From NCBI GenBank assembly GCA_018398765.1, contig JAHBMJ010000160.1:1-55659 (forward strand): a DNA stretch of 55,659 nucleotides, read 5' to 3'. The notes under the pieces were generated by a model. It saw only the letters and a program-made list of their open reading frames with translations, ran no database searches and was not told the DNA's origin. Both the position numbers and the translations under genes were made by a program. Shown here in pieces: positions 12,901 to 26,360 of this stretch; the first letter of the stretch is position 1, and the number at the start of each line of letters is the position of its first letter. Source of the DNA: Chromera velia. Its lineage: Eukaryota.

Positions 12901-15900
12901 GTGGATATATTCACGCATCGCTCCTCTTCTGCCTGCCTGCCTTCCCACCAACAGAGTCAGGATAGAAGAAGACGGCCGGGTGCTTCCGGTGCCTCCCCCC
13001 CCTCCCCCTCCGCCCAAATCTGTGGAGAACGAGACCGACCCCAACGCAGCCGCCTCGCAGAAAGGGACAGTAGGACGAGGAGAGCCCCCCCGCCTCCTCA
13101 AAGGAGGACCTCTATCTGTAACTCTGAGGTGCCTCCGTCTTCTTCGCCCCTCTAGGAGAGCCCTCTCGGATGCCCCCAAGACGGCTACCTCCGTCTCTTT
13201 CCCCGTCCATCCGCCTCATTTGCGAACTCTCTTTGACGTTCCAGTCCCGCCTGCACTTCCAGAAGCAGACGGAGGCAGAGGGCAGTCTGCAGACGTTCTG
13301 CCCCCCAACGGACATTCCGTGGCCCCTTTAGGTTCACGCGGGGGGAGTGTGAAGGGCTCCTCTGGGTGGATGGTTATACCCAGTCACGGCAGCTACCTGC
13401 AGCAAGTGACTCACCTGACGAGTGACCAATTTTCACGTGGAGGACAGCAGCAGGACGCAGGAAAGGGGGACGGTTCCTTTTTGGGAAGTTTTTTGGGGGG
13501 GTTCTTTGGCTCCTCTGCGCCGTCTGCCGTGCCGGGACAGGCCGCCAGAGCAGGGTACAACCAATACGACGAGGCCACGTTGAGGAGCCTAGGCATCGAC
13601 CCTGCGGATCTGCAGGCACAACAATCGCCTGTGTCTAAAACAACAGGTGCAGTTGAGAAAGCACCTGAAGAGCCCGATAGGGGTCGGCTGCTCTCTCCGC
13701 CCCGGGAGGGTGAAGAAGGTGTGACTGCTGCCAAGAGCAGAGACAGCTCCGTTGAGGACGCCAATCGTGTGTCGTCTCTTGTGAGGGTGTCCTCCACTGA
13801 GAAGGTTTCCCTTCTTGCAGAGGGAGGGGGGGCATTTGCTGTCAGGGGAAAACATCAGGCGGCGCGAGTGATTGTGCAAAGTGCCCGTAGGCTTCTAGGA
13901 GGGAGGGTGCCCCGGCTCTGGGCCCCCCTATCGAAGCCCTCAAAGGACCTCAGGGGGAAAGTCGAGTTCTGCTCTCGACACCTTGTGCGCCCGGATCAGG
14001 TCCGCTCATTTCACTCACTTCTGCTGCCTGTTCAATCTTATGGTTCTGCGGTTAACCCAAAGTAATCTTCTGCTGATGCAGTTGAGAGGGAAAATGGAAT
14101 AATAAGGGGTTAGAAGAAACTCATAAGATCCTCCTTTTGTTCTCTTTCCATCCTAGTCTTCTGCTGATCGTGTCAAGTTTCAAGTTTCTTATTGCTCCTC
14201 TGTCCCCAGACCTTCAACAACCGCGTCCACTTCTTGATGGGTTGCTCATCTGGTTGTTTCTTTCTTTGTGTTTCTTTGCCTCTATTAAAATAGATATGTC
14301 TGCACGCATGCATGCAGGGGTGGATGGAACAAATGACGAAGGAGAGCGGTCACACTGCCGTTGACGCAGCCATAGTGCTCCAGGTCCGTCTGCCTCTTCC
14401 GTTCCGCGGCTGAATGGGCTTTCTCTTTGCAGTTGACTGTTTTGTTCTTTCCGTTATTTCGTCTTTCAGTTTCCTTCCGGGATCCAATCCCATCAAATCA
14501 TTCATCGAAATTGGACATCCGAATAGTCTTCGTGAACAGGGGAACACAGACCTTTAAGCATTGAGAGTCGCATTCGGATTAGACAATTGTGATTGAGTGG
14601 ATTGGGTGACTTTGGGTGGGTGGGTGGGTGGATCGGTGAGTGAGTAGTGAGGGAGTGAGTGAGTGAGTGTGTGACTGGATGAAATAAATGATGAATGCAG
14701 ATCACGGACAACGACGGAGCCCTCTCTCAGGGGATTGCAGAGGAGCTCTTTCCTGTCCATCGGCACTTCAACCTCCAAGCCGGTATCGTCACAGGAGAGG
14801 GGCTGGAAGGCATAGACCCAGGGGGGGCGGGGGCCTATCTGATGGGGGGGTGGGGGGGCAGGGGGGCCGCTGGGGCGCATTTCCTTGGGGGCTTTTCAGG
14901 TTGGTCTTCTGTGACTTGAGATTGAAGCTTCATCATCAGCTCTTTCTTGAGGCTTCTGGTTTGTTGCATAAACAGCAGGCGTAGTTTGAATGCTTCGCTT
15001 CTCTGGACAAAATCCCTCGCGCTCTTTCTTTTCTTTTCTTGTGTTTCAATGCACATGCATGTCGTCCTCCCCCTCATGACCCTCTTGTCCTTCTCTCTGC
15101 TCTCTGGCGTGGGCGAATGCGTGCATGCATGCATGCAGCTTCTGTCTCCCCGGGGGCATTTCGTTCTCCCTTTAGCAGTCCTCCTCGAGAGGGGTTTGCT
15201 GGAGCGGGAGGAGGAGGGTACGAGTGGCAGTTCGTTCATACGCATCACCATCAGACAGGAGAAGGAGAAGCGGATGGAAGAGGAAGCGAGGCACCCCCGT
15301 GGCCTGGTTCTGCTCCGGGCATAGAGGACGGACATTGGGTCGCAGGAGCAAGGGGCCAAGACCGGCGTGTTCACAGTGGGAGTGCTGGGAGCTTTCCGGG
15401 GTCTGTCAATGAGGTTGAGGAGGGAATGGCAGACGGGCGAGGGGGTGAGAAAGAAAGGGGGTCTCTGGTCTCTGCAGCTTCGACTTCTCATTCCCCCCCC
15501 ATGGCGGGGGGTCCCTATGCACCATCCACAGGCCCTCCGTATGGCGGTGTGGCTCTTCCCGGAATGCAAGGGGGTGCTTTCGAATCTCAGCACAGGGACG
15601 ATCAGGAGCAAGCCGGTAGCACAACGCCCAGACAGAGAAATCCTCTTCCTCCCCTCGCCCCTCCTGCTGCCATTTCAACAGACTTGGGAGGACACAGACG
15701 AATGCGAAGTGACGGCACGGCGTCACATGGCCACAGTGCAAAAGGGTCTGCCTGGTTGGCCGCACACCGGGTTGGCACCCCGACGGCGTCTACTCCCAAC
15801 ACCACCACCCATGCATATCCATATCCTGCGAGATCCCGCCCTCCCCTTCCAACACACTCGAGACATGGAGACACGGAGACGGACAACGCTTCCGTCTCCG

Positions 15901-18493
15901 CCTGTTCTCCTCCCGCAGACGACCCAGGCGATTCAGCCTCCATCGTTGCAGCAGCACACACACAGGGGGGGATATTGGGAAGAAGTGCGACTTGCGCAAT
16001 CGGTATGAGACCTCCGAGATTGGGGGGCACAAGCGACAGGGAAATGAATTTTCTCTCGCCAGCACCATACTATGATGGCCCCGCCCCTTCTTCCCGCCTG
16101 TCCGTCCAACGTCCCCCCCCCTCCCACCGAAAAAGCCTCGCCCCCGTTCCCCAGAGGGCCGGGGACTCCCGAGCGAGGGGGGGAAGAAGGGCGCCTGGCA
16201 GCTCTTCTGTGGTGGGTGGGGGTTCCTCTGTCAGGGGAGGGAGCAGTTTTGGGGGTCTGGGCACTGAAGCGTTGTGGCAAACGCTGGGAGGGCATGGGGT
16301 GCGAACCCCACACCATCATCATCACCACCACCATCATCCTCATCACCATCACTTGTACAACAACGTGCGCATGTCTGCATCTCAGTCGGAGGCCCTAAAT
16401 TCCTCGCCCTCGCCTTCTATTGTCGTCGGGGGGCCTGGCAGGGGAAGTGGGGTCGACGTTGGCGTTTATCTGCACGCGGCATCAGACTCCCCGTCTCTCG
16501 AATTTGAGGCGACCGTCACTGACGAGAACGACACAGACACGGCTGTAGGGGGGGCATCGTCGGTTGATCCTCGTAGGGCGCAATCGATTGCTGTTCCACT
16601 AGGGGGAGTGGAGACTAGTGGTCCGCTGAGATCGTCGATGACGCGTCTGTTGAAGAAGCAGCAATCCGAAGGAGCGGCACAGACCCCCCATTCCGCTCCG
16701 TCTCCCTCCGCAGTCCTGGCAGCCTCCCTTACCCCCTCACTCCCCCCTTCGCGCACTCGAAAGGTGAGTGCCTGGGAAGAGGATGAGGCCCCTCCTGACT
16801 ATTTCGCACAGGGGTCGGCAGGAGCAGCTGCAGAACCTTCTTCGTCCTCTGTCGCTGCGTCGGTGTCTGCTCAGCAGCAGAGAGACGAGGGAGTGCGTGA
16901 GGGTAGTGGGATAGGAAAAGAAGGAGACAGACGGACAGCCGGAGACGGCAGACAACCCACTTCCCCGCCAGTCCCACAGACCGAGTGGGATTCACCTCCT
17001 TCATACGACTATGAGGAGAAGATGGGATTTGTGGGTCTGTCTGCCTCGGGACGTTTTGACGAGAGTGGGAAGGGAAGAAATGGAGACGGCAAAGGTGAAG
17101 TTGGAGAGCAAGAAGGCGGGACGGTGGGAGAAGACGACTCGAAACGTTCGCCTGAGGAGGAAGAAGGGAAAGAGAAAGAGGGGGGAGAGACGGCACAACC
17201 TCCTCCTGATTCGTTCATTTCGATTGTGCAGGAGATGAAAAAACGTCTTTACGAGCGCCCAGCTCAGTCTGTCCAGCAGGCTGCTGAGCAGAAAGGAGAA
17301 CACAAAGAAGCTTTGAAACAGCTGACGTCAAAACTATTCCAAGTAGTCCGAAGACGAAAAGAGCAATTCGAAAGTGGGGCAGGAAAGCCTACAATTGAGG
17401 GCACAGGAACAGGAGAGGGCGCCCAGTCTGTGCCTCCCGTCTTCAGAGGTTTGAGAGAAGTCAGAGAGATGAAGGGGTTTGTAGCCGAACTAGTAGAAAA
17501 ATTCGAGCTAACCAAGAAAGAAGGACAGCCAAATGCAGACACACAGCAACACCCCCCCCCACGCCCTCTCAGATCGTCCTCAGGGTCAGGATCCCCCCCC
17601 GCAGGATCTTCCGGGGCTTCCCTTGCTCACGCACTGCTGACCAAAACACATTCAAACCAGAGCCAGAGTTCATCACTCACCCCCTCGTCTCGCAAACCTC
17701 TTCTCCAGTTTTCCTCACAGGATGCGGGGGGTAGTGCTGAAGGTGAGGGGGAGGGGGAGCATCTAGAGAAGGAGCTCCATGCACTTCACCTTCTCCTCCA
17801 GAGAGCCACTGCGTTGGTAGGACACGACGTGGATTTCAGAGAGTTGCTCGAATTATGGGAGCTTCTCGGTGCCAGTGTAGCACCCAGTCGGGCAGAGGAG
17901 GGGGCAGAGACGGGAGGGGTAGACGCACCTCCGAGGATTCCACGACTAAAACTCTCCGGAGGAAATACCGCGCCCCCGAAACGCCGCGCCTCTTTCCGGC
18001 CTCCAGTGCCCTCCGGTGGTTTGCCTGCCCCTCCTCTTCTACCCGCCTTCCGCACTGCACGGTCAGCCTCTGTCAGTGCAGGAGGGGATTTGCCCGCAGG
18101 TCTCTCAGGAGAGGGAGAGGGAGACGTTGATGGGTTGCTTCCTGTCGACGAAGAGAAGGAGAGGGAACACAGACCCCCTCGTACAAAACCACCCCCCATC
18201 GTGCTGCAAAAGTTTCCTTCTCAAGGCCTCCCACTGACTCCGAAGGACCCCGAAGCAGAGGGAGGAGAGCAGGGAGACGGCGCTGTCTTCGTGCCAGGGG
18301 AAGTAGTCGCAGATCATGATGGGAGCCACCGTGCGCACCCTCCGGTGCAGAGCCTGCCGATGAAGGCGCGCCCCCCGCCTCCAAAAGAGACCAAGCCGCC
18401 TGGGTCTGGAGACACCTGTCAGTCAGATGAAGCCTTTCTTTTTGTTTTGTGCGTGTTCTTCTTTTACTTCATTCCTTGAATGCAACTGAACAA

Positions 18494-18524
<31 letters not shown>

Positions 18525-21500
18525 GAGCGGCCACGTTTTGCTTTTCTCCGTTCCAAATATGCGTCTTGGACGGACGCTCCTTTTCCCCCTCGACCCTCAG
18601 TCCTCTTCTCTCTTTCTCCCTTTCCCTTTCCGTGCAGCGGCTGCCGGGGAAGGCGACGGAGAGGCAATTCTGGAGCCCCGCGGGCCCTCAGGCGCTCTTC
18701 CTGGAACAGACACGCCTGCTGAGGGTCTCCCTCCAAAGAAGAAGCCGCTTCCCCTGAAAGCAAAGCCCAAAATGCCAACAACAGCACAAGAGGCGACCGG
18801 AGAAGAGGAACCAGAGAGCGCAGAAGGAGCAGAAACAGACCTCTCGGCAGGCTTTCCTGCTTCTTCTACAGGTCCTCCAAAAGCCAAAGGCAAAATTCCT
18901 CTCGCCATGAAGGCAAAAATCCCCCTTGCCCCCCGACCCCCTCCACTGTCGAATCAATGCGACGCCTCTCCATCTTCAGACCTCACAGACCCATCAAAAC
19001 AGCCGCCTCCTGCCACAGAGGGACACGCAAAAGCGAAAACGCCATTACCCCTAAAAGCAAAGGCCCCCCCCGGCTCGGTTCCCACTGCACCCGACGGGAA
19101 AGCCAAAACACCACTCCCTCTCAAGGCAAAAGCCCCTCCTGGTGCTGTCCCAACTGCCGGAGACGGAAAGGCAAAAGCGCCCCTTCCTCTCAAAGCCAAA
19201 GCTCCTCCAGGCACAACCCCCGCAGCTTCAGACGGAAAAGCGAAAACCCCGCTGCCCCTGAAGGCGAAAGCTCCGCCCGGCTCCGCCCCCGCAGCAACAG
19301 ACGGAAAGGCAAAAGCGCCCCTGCCTCTAAAAGCAAAGGCTCCCCCCCGGGCCACTCCCTCAACCCCTGCTGAGGGAGGCAAGGTTCCCTTGCCCCTGAA
19401 GGCAAAGGGCCCCCCCGGGGCTGCTCCAGGAGGGAAAACAGCCCTTCCCGTGAAGGCCAAGGGGGCACCGGGGGGCAGCCTGCCGCTTGCAGCAAAGCCC
19501 CCCCCGGCTTCTAAGGGGCCAGGACCACCTCCTGCGAAGGGAAAGGGACCCCCCCCGCCCAGCAAAGGGAAGTCGGGTCCCCCACCGAAGGGCAAAGGGA
19601 AGGCTGTTGCTCCCCTTGGGGGAAAGAGCGCAAAGGACGACCCTGCCCCTTTGGGCCGTAGGATTCTGTGGAAAGCCCTGGACTCGGAGGCTGTGTCCGA
19701 CACGATTTTCGGTCAGATGTCCGAGCTCGAGGGGGGAGGAGCCAGGAGGGGGGGGTTTGTGGACATGGCCACTTTGTCGAAGGTGTTTGTGAAGGTGAAG
19801 AAGAAGAAAGAGGAGGACAAGGAAGATGGGGAGAAGGAAAAGAAGCCAACGAAAAAGGAACTGCTGGATGGAAAAACAGCGACAAACATGGCCATTGTGT
19901 TCAAAGGGCTGAAGACTCCATTGGAGGTCCGTGAAGATGGAACGAACAGAGTTTTGTTTACGAATCTCATTTTTTTGCCTGCCTGCCTGCCTCCCTGCCT
20001 GTCTTGTCTTTCTCCTTCTTTTCTTCCAGGTTTGCATCCTGGTTTCACGGCTTCCTTGCTGAGGGGAGAGGCCTTTTCGTCTGTGTGATCGGTCAACCAG
20101 ATTTGACATCTCAAAGTATTGACTGGTTTGAATATGACTGAACCGTATAATGTTTGTTTTGTCATCCGATAGTCCAACGCATTCATTCATTGTGACCGGA
20201 TCTTGCAGGAGTGTCTCTCTGGGTTGCTCCTCCTTGACAGCTCCAAAATGGGCCTGGACGACATCGAAAAATTCTCTAACGTCAGTCGGCCGACTGTGTG
20301 TGTTCTTGTGCACATTAATCTCTCTGGCTTCCTTTTGAACAGCCTGGGGAACGCTCGATGTTCCTGTTGTCTTCCATGCCTTCTTCCTGTGTCTTGTGGA
20401 AACGTTTTTTGGAATTCAAAAAGGAAACCGGTGTCGATGTTGTCATGCGTGTTCTCTCAAAAAGTCTACATTTCGTTCTGGCTCCTCTCGTCTCCTCTCT
20501 TCTTGTACGCTCACGTTGTCGAGGCAACAGTCAAGCATTTGCGGACGCAAAGTGATTCTTCCTTCTCTCTTACCCGTCTGTCTGTCCGTCTGTGCTTCAG
20601 GTGATCCCCACAGATGAAATCCGAGAGAAGCTGAAGGGATACGACGGGCCGATGGAGGAGCTTCGGGACATCGAGCAGAACGCCATGAAGGTCATGAAAG
20701 TGCCCATGTGAGTTCATCAAGAAGAGCAGGGGGGATGGGGGGAAGGGGGGCTTTCCTGCCCTGCCAATGTGGACGCCCACAGTCTGTCTGGCTGTACGAT
20801 GCATCTTCAGAACAAAGCAATTAATCAGACAGCAATCTCTAGGCAGGATGGATGTGCTTGCCCTCCGTTTCCTTTGATCGAACTCTCTTTGTGAGAGAGG
20901 ATGCCCCTACATCCATTTCCTTTCCCCATCAGATTTCTTTGTGCCTAAAGAGCTTTCTTTGCTTTCTTTCCTTCGGTTCTTCGCTCACCCGACTCAAGTT
21001 GGATTGTCTTTTTCGGTCACTCTGTGAGTGAGTGCACCGAGTGAGTCCATATGTGTGCCTCTCATCTCTTTTTTCTCTCTTTCAGGGCCAGCCAGCGGCT
21101 TCGAGTCCTTCGAGTTGGGCATATTCTCTCTGCAGCTGTGAGAGACGTGGAGGAGAATACCACGGTGATGGAACGGGCAGCGAAACAGTGCAGAGCGAGC
21201 GCGAAACTCCGACACGTTCTCTGGCTGACACTTCTGTGGGGTAACCAGGTCGGGCGATTTTCGTGCCTGTCGTACTGAAAGGCAGAAGTGTGGGGAGACA
21301 GGAAGGGGCAGAGGGGTGACGGCCGGTTCTGAATGGGCAGAGGAAAGGTGTTGAGTCTGTCTGTCTGACAGCATGTTTGTGTGTGTTCGTGCTTGTTCAT
21401 CAGTCATGCAGTTATATGTCCAAGAAGACAATTAAGCAGGAATGAATTCCCTTGCTTACAGAGTTTTGGCCTCTTTTGTGATTGCTTCCTTGCTCACATC

Positions 21501-21800
21501 GATCCGTCATTCATTATGTTGTGTTGTCTCTCTTTCGTTGACACAATGTTAGCAGTCTCTTAGGAAATTTTTGAACATATCGTGGAAGTCTTCTTTCTTC
21601 TCTGCATCCTGATGCCTCCTTCCTGTCTGTCGATGGATGCAGGTGAATTTCGGGTCCAGTGACAAGATGGTCGTGAGAGCGATCACGCTGGAATCGGTCC
21701 TGAAACTGCAGGACTTCAAGACCGCACATGACATGACTGTCAACGCAACGCACTGGCTGGCCTGCCACACGGTCGGTCGGTCAGTCGGGCATTTCTTTTC

Positions 21801-21837
<37 letters not shown>

Positions 21838-22512
21838 CAGTCCAAAAACAGAAACGGACCCTTCTCTCTTCATTCTGTCCATCACGTCGCAAATACACGC
21901 AGGTCAATGTCATCCCATAGATTCTTCTTGCGTTTTTTCCTCTTCCTTTCTGTTCTTCGAGTGTCCCCACCCCAAAGCAGGTCCAAAGAAAAGAAAGCAC
22001 GTCAGCATACTTGTCCTTCCTTCCTTCTGTCCATCCTGCAGCTGGTGAATGCCCCCCAGCACACCGACCTGGCAGCCGACATGCCTGACCTCTCCCGAGC
22101 GCTCCGAATTTCCAGTGAGAGTCTGGACGTTGCCCTGAAGGCCGTCAGTGAGGAGGCTTCCTTCCTGGAGGGCGAGATCAAAGCCCCAGGACGTGCAGAG
22201 GCCTACGGAGAGACGGCAATGAAGCAAGTGGAGACGCTGCACGAGCAGGCTGCATCGGCTCACAAAAGGCTGACTGTAAGTTCAGGAGACAGACAGACAG
22301 ACAGACAGATAGATGCAAGCAACATTGGATCCACCCCTCTCTCTACATTGATTGGGGGGTTGCAGTTCTGTGCATTGCGGAATTTCGTCTCTGCCTCTGC
22401 TGCATTTTCCGCCCGTCCGTCTCTTTGCTCCTTCCTTTGTCGAAAAGAGAACAGTCTCTCCCAAGTCTCTCCCTGTCTGCACTATTTTACGTTTATGAGA
22501 AGACCTAGAAGT

Positions 22513-22551
<39 letters not shown>

Positions 22552-22603
22552 TTTGTTTGTATGTGTTTGTGTGTGTGTTTATATGTGTGTGTATGTGTGT
22601 GTG

Positions 22604-22673
<70 letters not shown>

Positions 22674-23334
22674 CGTTCCCCTGTGTTTGCAGGGGCGTGT
22701 GGAGACGGTAGGTGAGTTTGTGAGGGAGACTGCGAGGTTTGTTGCCTACGCCTCCAATGTCTCCAAGAGCCGTCTCCCCAAGCTCGAGGCATTCTTCGAG
22801 GCTGTGGACAAGGTCGCCAAACTTTTTGACTCCGCAGTCATGGACGTGCGTCGTGACAGTCAAAAATTCGCACCGCTCATGCAGGCCCTCAAAAGCGCCG
22901 GAGAGGCGCAGAGCGAAACAGGGGCAACCTCGGTGGTATCTCAGCAGACGGGTAATGGAAAAGACGACAAAGCGGATGTGACTTCTGTGGCAGCAGAAGA
23001 CAAATCGCCAACTCCCTCTGGACCCCTTAGCAAGAGCCCCCCTCCCCCCCCGACAGTCCGGAAACTCCCCCCCAAACTGCCCCCCAAAGCAAAATCCCCC
23101 ATTCCCCTCCGACTTGCCCCCCCGTCTGATTCCGGTCCTGCTGAGGGGAGTGGTGTCGGAGCGGACAAGGAGGAGAGACAGGCTGTTGGAGGGTCCAAGG
23201 AGGTGTCGGAAGACGTTCCTCTGAGAGAAGCTGCTTCTGCTTCAATGACATCGCTGTCTAATGGGGTGAAGGTGGGAGAAGGAGAGGAGGTAGCAGGGCA
23301 GACGGAAGGGGCGGGACCTGCAGGGGGCGGATGA
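9947..23334 (+). CDS. Formin with N-terminal PTEN-like pseudophosphatase/C2 region, FH1-like Pro/Lys region and FH2 domain (apicomplexan FRM2-like architecture), 13 exons, ~3190 aa
   Basis: Exons 9947-10735, 11087-12657, 12955-13999, 14318-14383, 14701-14899, 15139-18417, 18638-19926, 20209-20280, 20601-20707, 21086-21248, 21643-21771, 22042-22275 and 22693-23334 join in phase (9585 nt). PTEN-like: PEHGPPPLQMLFDLCSSVLFWL..DRKHVAVLNV, PSSRRYLELF. FH2: RRILWKAL..TIF, LLDGKTATNMAIVF, LWGNQVN, LESVLKLQDFK, EAFFEAV. Confidence 0.88.
19021..19480 (+). repeat. Coding 69-bp (23-aa) tandem repeat DGKAK(T/A)PLPLKAKAPPG... in the FH1 position
   Basis: About 5 full and 2 degenerate copies in ORF 18538..20088; differences are largely at third codon positions. 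Confidence 0.9.
22513..22675. repeat. Intronic (GT)n/(GCGT)n microsatellite
   Basis: Read directly. Confidence 0.95.
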
Positions 23335-24013
23335 AAGAGCGCTCGTTGAAGAGGAGACAAGACAGACAAACAGGCAGGCAGGCAGGCAGGCCCTTTCTCG
23401 TTGGATTGCGTTGTCTGTCTGCCTGTACTGCTCTGGGGGCTCGTGTTTATCGTCGGAGGCAGAGTGGAGGAATCGGTCTGCATTCAGAGAACAAGAAAAA
23501 GGTGGAAAGGATACACCTCGCAAAGGGGTAGCTTTTCCCGTCCACTATTCTTCCCTTCAGAATCTTAGGTCTTCATTGTCTTTTGCAAACCCCTCCCCCA
23601 ATTTGTTCTTGGTGTGGGGGAGGGCCTGGTTCTCGATATAATCGCAGCTTTGATGAGACTGCTGGAAAGGAAAGGGAAGGGGAGGAACTGCGGGTAGTGT
23701 GATCGAATAAGCTGCCTCAACCGATATGAGCAAGTCGCCTCATGAGGCACTTGAACGGACCCCGAGACGAGGAGGAGGGAGGGGCTCACGGTGCACTGAT
23801 CGAGGCGTTCGGTCATGCATGTACAGTAATAATTGTGGGCGTGCTTTTACGGTCAATTCAGTGATCATGCATGCGCATTAATTGCATGAACCAGCTGACC
23901 CAGTGACCCTCGAGGATTGAAGATCATCGCTCTGTTGCATGCAAATGCACTCACCCTGTACAGGCAGTACAGATGAATGAATGCAATCGGAGTATCATCA
24001 TAATTGAATCGAA

Positions 24014-24748
24014 TGAATGAATTGAGGCGGTTAAAGCCGGTGAGCCACTACTCGGGCTCTGTATTATTATTAGGTGGTCTGTAGGTATCTGTCGGCTAAT
24101 GATGATCGAGGTTTTTGTTATGCATGCCGCGTCCCTATATATATGTCTAGAGTAATGCTTTAGCATAGCATAGCATTGATGTTCCGGGTTTTGCCTGCGG
24201 TCTACTTAGAACCGTTAGTATTGCCAAACTGGCATTCTACAAAAAGGATGGAAAGCAATTCTTCCATGTAGTTATATTGTAGTAGCTAAACGTACGTGTT
24301 TCAACCTGGGCGCACTCAATGTAACTCAACGTTAATTACTTTAGGATATGCTAGAGGATAGGATTTATGTTCCAGGTCAGACCGGGTGTCCCCCGCGGTC
24401 CACTGCATAGAAAAGGCTTATGCCATTAATCATATATTATACTTATTACTAGTATACCGTTATATCTAAACTTTAAAATTAATTAATCATATATGTTTAC
24501 GTACCTTACAAACTAGCTTACAAACCGTGTGACTAGCCACATAAGATTATTATGCGATTATGTGTCGTATTATGCGATTACACAATGAAGGCTATTATGA
24601 AGTATAATCAAGCCACTGGCAGAACGACTCGGATTTTACATATTCATAGAACACGTGCAGACAGATGAGCCAAATAGCTAGAGCCTAAGGGGACCTAAAT
24701 TCAAATTAAAGTGGTGGCTCACCGGTTTTAACCATCTCAATTAATTCA
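24014..24748. mobile_element. MITE-like AT-rich element bounded by a ~38-bp inverted repeat
   Basis: TGAATGAATTGAGGCGGTTAAAGCCGGTGAGCCACTACT (24014-24052) is the near reverse complement of AGTGGTGGCTCACCGGTTTTAACCATCTCAATTAATTCA (24710-24748). No TSD identified. Confidence 0.6.
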
Positions 24749-25872
24749 AATTCTTTTATCTGAAACTAGACTGATTCTTAGAAAGAGAAAAAATGTAAAA
24801 ATAATGATTATGCTAAATTATGCTAGTCACTATGATTCAAAAAAAAAAACGAACAAAGACGATTGAAAGAAATCAAGGGACTAGAGAATTTGATGGAAGA
24901 AAGACTAGAAGGGAAAGCGGAAAAATGACTGCTCTTTAGAGCCTCTTCGTATAATTTTTTTTTTTGTACCATATGTCTTTCATGTATTTACCTCCATAGT
25001 ATTATACACCTGCTTGTGTCTGTTTGATACTGTTTGACCAAAAATAACTTAGTTATGAAAAGAAAAGAGAAGGTGAAACAATGGAGCTTGTCTCGTCTCA
25101 TCTTGTCTCCGACGGCAGACTTTCGTTCACCACGGGGCTGGTCTCCGTCCGAAGTTATTATTATGCAGCGGGCTAGAGCAAAAAGCCTAAACGACCTTGC
25201 CGCACGCAGCCGGCGGTGCGCACATGCATGCATGCATTCATGCAGCCATGTGTGGCGTGCGCGGCCGGCCGGGCGGTCGAATCGAAATGCCTGACCTTCA
25301 TTGACGTAAAACTTGCATGAGTCTCTGTTATGTATGCATGTCTCTGCTCGCTTTCCTCTTCCATCAGAGTCAATCTTAGCATGCATCCATACATGGGCAT
25401 TGCAGTACGGAAAGTACTTTGTGGTGGCTTCCACGCGCCCTCTTCTCTTGAGTCCGCTTTGTCATCTCTGGCGGCAGCTTGCAAGAGTCTAGCTCTTGAA
25501 ACGTCAACTGTGCATATACGAAAGTATATATGTCGCTGCACTGTTGCGTTGTTTCTTTGGCTCTCATCAATGTCGCTGACTCCAGAATGCAGTTCTCAAT
25601 ACCATCTGCTCTTACATATCTAAGACAAACAGGCTTCAACGTGGCAGAGGTGAAGGACACCCTTGTGAAATGTAGAGACGGCCTTCGATTGATCTCATTA
25701 AAAAAACTGGAGCAGTTTTGCATACATGTATGTAGATGCAAAGAAGGGACTGAGAAAAAACACACAAACCTCAACCCCTGCATCTTGCTTTAAAAAATCT
25801 GAGACAGTACAACCAGCCTCAAAAAAGGCCAAAGCAGGACACATGTGATTGCGGGAGAGGCTTTTTAAGCTC

Positions 25873-26358
25873 GGTGGTCTTTTTACTTTGCTGTATCGTT
25901 TCCTTTTGACTGATGCAGACGTGGATGGATGTACTGACAAGCTCTGATCTGTACCTATGGGAGCAGATATCCGTTGGGTGCTGATGCCGAAGAGCGATTG
26001 TGAGGTAAGGGAAAGAAGGCTTGGGTATGTATGTGTATGTGGGCTGTTTTGAGTTTTGAGTGGGGGTGTGATTGGTGGTCTTTTTACTTTGCTGGGTCGT
26101 TTCCTTTCGTTTCCTTTCGACTGACGCAGACGTGGATGGGTATACCAACAAGCTCTGATCTATACCTGTGCGTGCAGATATTCGTTGGGTGCTGATGTTG
26201 AAGAGCGATTGTGAGGTGAGGGAGGGAGGGAAGGCTTGGGTGTGTATGTGTATGTGGGCTGTTTTAAGTTTTGAGTGCGGGTATGATTGGTGGTCTTTTT
26301 ACTTTGCTGGGTTGTTTTCTTTCGACTGACGTAGACGTGGATGGGTGTACCGACAAGC
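25873..26358. repeat. Tandem ~201-215-bp repeat, ~2.3 copies
   Basis: GGTGGTCTTTTTACTTTGCTG unit starts at 25873, 26074 and 26289; the third copy is cut off by the downstream inverted repeat. Confidence 0.9.
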
Positions 26359-26360
26359 AA

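Noticed and set aside
15367..20313. Many alternative-frame and antisense ORFs over the formin
   Set aside because: Shadow ORFs of GC-rich low-complexity coding sequence.
26120..26358. Missing GIY-YIG N-half in the tandem repeat (GWVY...RYSLG..EERL)
   Set aside because: Weak resemblance, stops in the copies, and no TSD linking it to the PLE.
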